From an uncultured Phycisphaerales bacterium (GTDB lineage Bacteria; Planctomycetota; Phycisphaerae; Tepidisphaerales; Tepidisphaeraceae): a DNA stretch of 64,000 bases. Below are positions 60,768 to 64,000 of the stretch, piece after piece; position 1 is the first letter of the stretch, and the number at the start of each line of letters is the position of its first letter. Made by a program: the position numbers and the translations under genes. The notes below the pieces were generated by a model that ran no database searches, had not been told where the DNA came from, and was given only the letters and a program-made list of their open reading frames with translations. The stretch lies in NCBI GenBank assembly GCA_963844715.1, contig CAWJPJ010000007.1, positions 960,001 through 1,024,000 of the forward strand, given 5' to 3'.

Positions 60768-61232
60768 ATGGAATCATGCGATTTGAGCTGCGTTGGGGCG
60801 GTGTTATTTCTGACGGCGGTTCTGGCCGGATGCCAGACAAAGCCCGCCGACAATCCATCCCCGTCTGGGATGGCCGCCGTCACCGACCCGTGCGCAACCC
60901 AATTGCACGACATCGCCGGCGACATCCTTTTGTATTACGCCCTCAATAAGCGCATGCCCGCCGAGTTGACCGACCTGCAAACCGTTGCCGACGCCGACAC
61001 GCCCCTTCATTTTGAATGCCCCGTCTCCGGCTTGCGCTACCTTTATTATCCGCTCGGCTTAATGTCCCCCGACGGCATGGGGGCCATCATCGTTTGTGAC
61101 CCGACGCCTGCCCACGACGGCAAACGCTGGTGTATCGTCGAGGGCGTGGCCCACGGCAAATCGCTCTCCCTCGATGTCGAAGAGCTGCCGGAGGCGATAT
61201 TCAGGCAATTCGGACCTGCCGGGGGGCAGTAA
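60768..61232 (+). CDS. Putative lipoprotein
   Basis: Hydrophobic signal with lipobox LAGC; starts 9 bp after gspD. Confidence 0.7.
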   Translation: MESCDLSCVGAVLFLTAVLAGCQTKPADNPSPSGMAAVTDPCATQLHDIAGDILLYYALNKRMPAELTDLQTVADADTPLHFECPVSGLRYLYYPLGLMSPDGMGAIIVCDPTPAHDGKRWCIVEGVAHGKSLSLDVEELPEAIFRQFGPAGGQ

Positions 61233-61242
61233 TTGGATTTAC

Positions 61243-61270
61243 TTGACAGGATTACTGAGAAACCTAAGAT
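61243..61270 (+). promoter_or_regulatory. Sigma70-type promoter
   Basis: TTGACA-N16-TAAGAT just upstream of the riboswitch. Confidence 0.65.
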
Positions 61271-61301
61271 TGTCATCTGACAATTCGAACTGAGTAAGAG
61301 A

Positions 61302-61414
61302 TCTTATCCAGAGTGGCCGAGGGTCGGGCCCGTCGACGCCACAGCAACCGTTTAGCGGCTTTTGAGCCGGATATGGTGCTAAATCCCGCCCCGAATGGTC
61401 GGGGGAAGATAAGA
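61302..61414 (+). promoter_or_regulatory. SAM-I riboswitch (S box)
   Basis: TCTTATCCAGAG..GAGGG..GGCCC..GAC..CAGCAACC..GGTGCTAAATCC..GATAAGA consensus with P1 TCTTATC/GATAAGA. Confidence 0.95.
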
Positions 61415-61441
61415 GGAGCCCCAACGTAAACTACGCCACAG

Positions 61442-61471
61442 CCTCTTCTTATCGGTAAGGAGAGGTTTTTT
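61442..61471 (+). terminator. Riboswitch expression-platform terminator
   Basis: CCTCTTCTTA-tcgg-TAAGGAGAGG followed by TTTTTT; its 5' arm can alternatively pair with the P1 3' strand GATAAGAG. Confidence 0.85.
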
Positions 61472-61489
61472 GTTGGAGCAATTGGAACT

Positions 61490-62780
61490 ATGAGTTACGT
61501 GGTGGGTCTTAAGTGCAAGGAGTGCGGAAATCGGATTCCGGTTTCCCCGGAACACGTCTGCAAATCCTGCTTTGGACCGTACGAAGTTGAATACGACTAC
61601 GCGAAGATGAAGGGGAAAGTCACCCGGCAATCCATCGCCGCCGGCCCTCGAAGTTTGTGGCGATACAAGGATTTACTCCCCCTGGCAGGCGCCCCGCGCA
61701 CCGGCCTGAATTCGGGGTTCACCCCGTTTCGAAAAGCCGAGCGCGCTGGGAAAAGAACTCGGCTGCTCCGATCTCTGGATCAAAGACGATTCCTGCAACT
61801 ATCCCACATACTCATACAAGGAACGTGTCGTCTCCGTCGCCATTAGCAAGGCGGTTGAGTTTGGCTTCGACACCGTGGGCTGCGCCAGCACGGGGAATCT
61901 TGCCAACAGCACCGCCGCTCATGCCGCCATGGCCGGGCTTCGCTGCTTCGTCATGATTCCCCATGATCTCGAGCAGGGCAAAGTCCTCGGCAGCCTCATC
62001 TTCGGGCCAACAATGGTCCGCATTCGCGGCACCTACGACGACGTCAATCGGCTTTGCACGGAGATCGCCGACAAGTACGGCTGGGCGATTGTGAACGTGA
62101 ACCTCCGCCCGTATTACACCGAAGGCGCCAAAACCTACGGCTTCGAGATCGCCGAACAGTTCGGCTGGCGCCTCCCGCAGCACACGATTGTGCCGACGGC
62201 CGGTGGAACGATTCTCCCCAAGATTTACAAGGCGTATCAGGAATTGATCGAACTCGGTTTGGTCGAGGACAACAAGCCAAAAATTTATTCCGCGCAGGCG
62301 GCGGGTTGCAACCCGGTCGTCACTGCCATCCACAAGGGCGTCGATATTATCGAACCTCAGAAGCCGAACACGATTGCCAAGAGCATCGCCATCGGAAATC
62401 CAGCCGATGGATATTATGTCTGGCACGCCGTGAAGGATTCCGGGGGCTGGGGCGAAAGCGCGACGGATCGCGAAATCGTCGACGCCATCAAGCTTCTGGC
62501 GAAGCTCGAAGGCATCTGGACGGAGCCCGCCGGCGGCACCACGCTGGCGGCGGCGATCAAGCTCATCGGCCAGGGACGTATCCCCAAAAACGAATCCATC
62601 GTCATCAGCATTACCGGAAACGGGCTGAAAACTCTGGAAACGGTCCAGAACGATCTGGTGCCACCGGAAGTGATCGAGGCGAAATTGTCGGAATTCGATA
62701 AAATCCTTTCGCGCCAGGGCGGCACGGAAATTTCTGCCAGCGTCGCGCGGTCGTCCCCGCGGGCGCCGGCGGCGGTATAA
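61490..62780 (+). CDS. thrC: Threonine synthase-like PLP enzyme; frameshift near 61745
   Basis: CKEC..CKSC, LWRY, PTYSYKER (PLP lysine), CASTGNLA, EGAKT, IAKSIAIGNPADG, EPAGG, TGNGLK. Confidence 0.88.
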
Positions 62781-62808
62781 TGGCGGAAGCACGAAGCGAG
62801 GTTTTTTT

Positions 62809-63084
62809 ATGGGCGTGAAAGTCAGGATTCCCTCTCCGCTGCGGAGCTACACTCAAAACGCGGACGTCGTCGAAGTCGCCGGCGCCACCGTGGGCGAGGT
62901 GCTCAACGGTTTGAAAACCAAGGCCAGCGGCATCGAAACGCGCCTATTCAAGGGGCCGAATCAGCTCAATCGCTTCGTCAACGTTTATTTGAACGACGAG
63001 GATGTTCGGTTTTTGAAGAACCTGGATACGCCCGTGAAAGAAGGGGACGAGATCAGCATCGTGCCGGCGATCGCCGGCGGCTGA
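62809..63084 (+). CDS. MoaD/ThiS/CysO-family ubiquitin-like sulfur carrier
   Basis: VRIPSPLR, RFVNVYLNDEDVRF, C-terminal PAIAGG. Confidence 0.92.
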   Translation: MGVKVRIPSPLRSYTQNADVVEVAGATVGEVLNGLKTKASGIETRLFKGPNQLNRFVNVYLNDEDVRFLKNLDTPVKEGDEISIVPAIAGG

Positions 63085-63096
63085 ACGAGTCGTATC

Positions 63097-63357
63097 ATGA
63101 GCGAAAGCGATTATTCCCGCCGCTGCTGGTTTACCTTCCCGACGCGCTCGCAGGTCGAGCAGCCGATCATCTGGCAGATGAGCCAAAAATTTCCCGGCGT
63201 TATATTCGATATTCGCCAGGCGAGCGTGCAAAACGAAATTGGAATCATGGCGGTATTGCTTACGGGGCCGGAGCGCGACGTCAAATCCGCCATCGAATTC
63301 GTCCGCTCCAGAGGGGTCACAGTCGAGCCGATCGAAAAAAGCGTTGTCGAGGGATAA
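63097..63357 (+). CDS. Stand-alone NIL domain protein
   Basis: FTFP...EQPII....F.IRQASV...G.M.V.L.G......AI......GV.VEP pattern. Confidence 0.8.
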   Translation: MSESDYSRRCWFTFPTRSQVEQPIIWQMSQKFPGVIFDIRQASVQNEIGIMAVLLTGPERDVKSAIEFVRSRGVTVEPIEKSVVEG

Positions 63358-63414
63358 GTCCCTCGCTTCGTCTCATCGTCTCTTAGTCTTAAGTTATCAT
63401 TTTAGAAAGAATTC

Positions 63415-64000
63415 ATGTCTGAAGAACTACGTAATAAAATATTAGAACACATTGAGTCCGGCGAGTATCGCCCGATCAAGCCGAGCCGGTTGGCTCGGCA
63501 AATGCAAATTACCGAGGAAGATCAGTATCACGCGTTTCGCGATGCACTGAAGGAATTGATGCACGCGGGGCGCGTCGTGCTCGGGTCGGGGGGAAGCGTT
63601 ATGCTCCCCTTGCAGCCGCTCCGCGCCGCCGGAATTGTGGGCACCTATCGCCACAACCCGCGCGGGTTCGGCTTCCTCTCACCCACCGATCCCACTTCCC
63701 ACGAGGACCTTTACATCCCCGAGGGGGAAAACGGCGGCGCCATCACCGGCGACATCGTTCGCGCCACCATCACCAACAAGCATCAGCGTGATGGGAAAAC
63801 GATGTATCGCGGGCGAATCGAGGAAATCATCAGCCGCTCGCAAAAGCGGTTTGTCGGGACCCTCGGCCGCTATCACGGCAAATGGCAGGTCCTGCCCGAC
63901 GGCAACACCCTGACCGCCCCAATTCTCACACCCGACGCCGCTGCCCGACACCTCAAGGAGGGCACGCAAGTCGTTGTCGAAATCACCGAATACCCCAAGC
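63415..64000 (+). CDS. rnr: Ribonuclease R, 5' part (runs off the window; not in the ORF track)
   Basis: MSEELRNKIL.. N-terminal HTH, then GTYRHNPRGFGF..EDLYIP..GAITGDIV cold-shock domain. Confidence 0.85.
   Translation, partial: MSEELRNKILEHIESGEYRPIKPSRLARQMQITEEDQYHAFRDALKELMHAGRVVLGSGGSVMLPLQPLRAAGIVGTYRHNPRGFGFLSPTDPTSHEDLYIPEGENGGAITGDIVRATITNKHQRDGKTMYRGRIEEIISRSQKRFVGTLGRYHGKWQVLPDGNTLTAPILTPDAAARHLKEGTQVVVEITEYPK

Overview
A GC-rich bacterial chromosome segment, most likely from a planctomycete (Phycisphaerae/Tepidisphaerales-like), judging by the LEPR-XLL exoproteins, zinc-ribbon membrane proteins and ATQP-type protein ends. The left 26 kb is a tRNA-targeted integration hotspot. 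The 3' half of a tRNA-Arg(UCG), starting exactly at the anticodon loop, occurs three times (2032, 5997, 26271) and marks off stacked islands. (i) The end of an ICE/prophage-like element carries two degenerate LexA/CI-like regulators, a small putative ssDNA-binding protein and a hairpin-rich non-coding region. (ii) A 4-kb integrase-less cassette holds only a Cys/His-rich peptide gene, a terminator and an unusual ABC exporter with a split NBD and a C-terminal cNMP domain; this is the best candidate for an undescribed system. (iii) A 20-kb segment contains cyclic beta-1,2-glucan synthase, a ~200-nt rod-shaped putative ncRNA, a complete IS630 inside a zinc-ribbon gene, a RAYT remnant, GT-C glycosyltransferases, cfa and a methyltransferase. 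To the right lie a CGNR regulator/hydrolase cluster with a candidate operator, a hybrid histidine kinase, two large LEPR-XLL exoproteins (a GH28 pectinase and a propeller + 18 Ig-like repeat protein), a Fur/permease metal operon, a type II secretion operon headed by an ECF sigma/anti-sigma pair, a SAM-I riboswitch controlling a thrC-like/sulfur-carrier/NIL operon, and the start of rnr. Many genes carry single-base frameshifts that look like long-read assembly errors, so frameshifted genes are reported as merged CDS. All family assignments are by eye from motifs; no database searches or folding programs were run.
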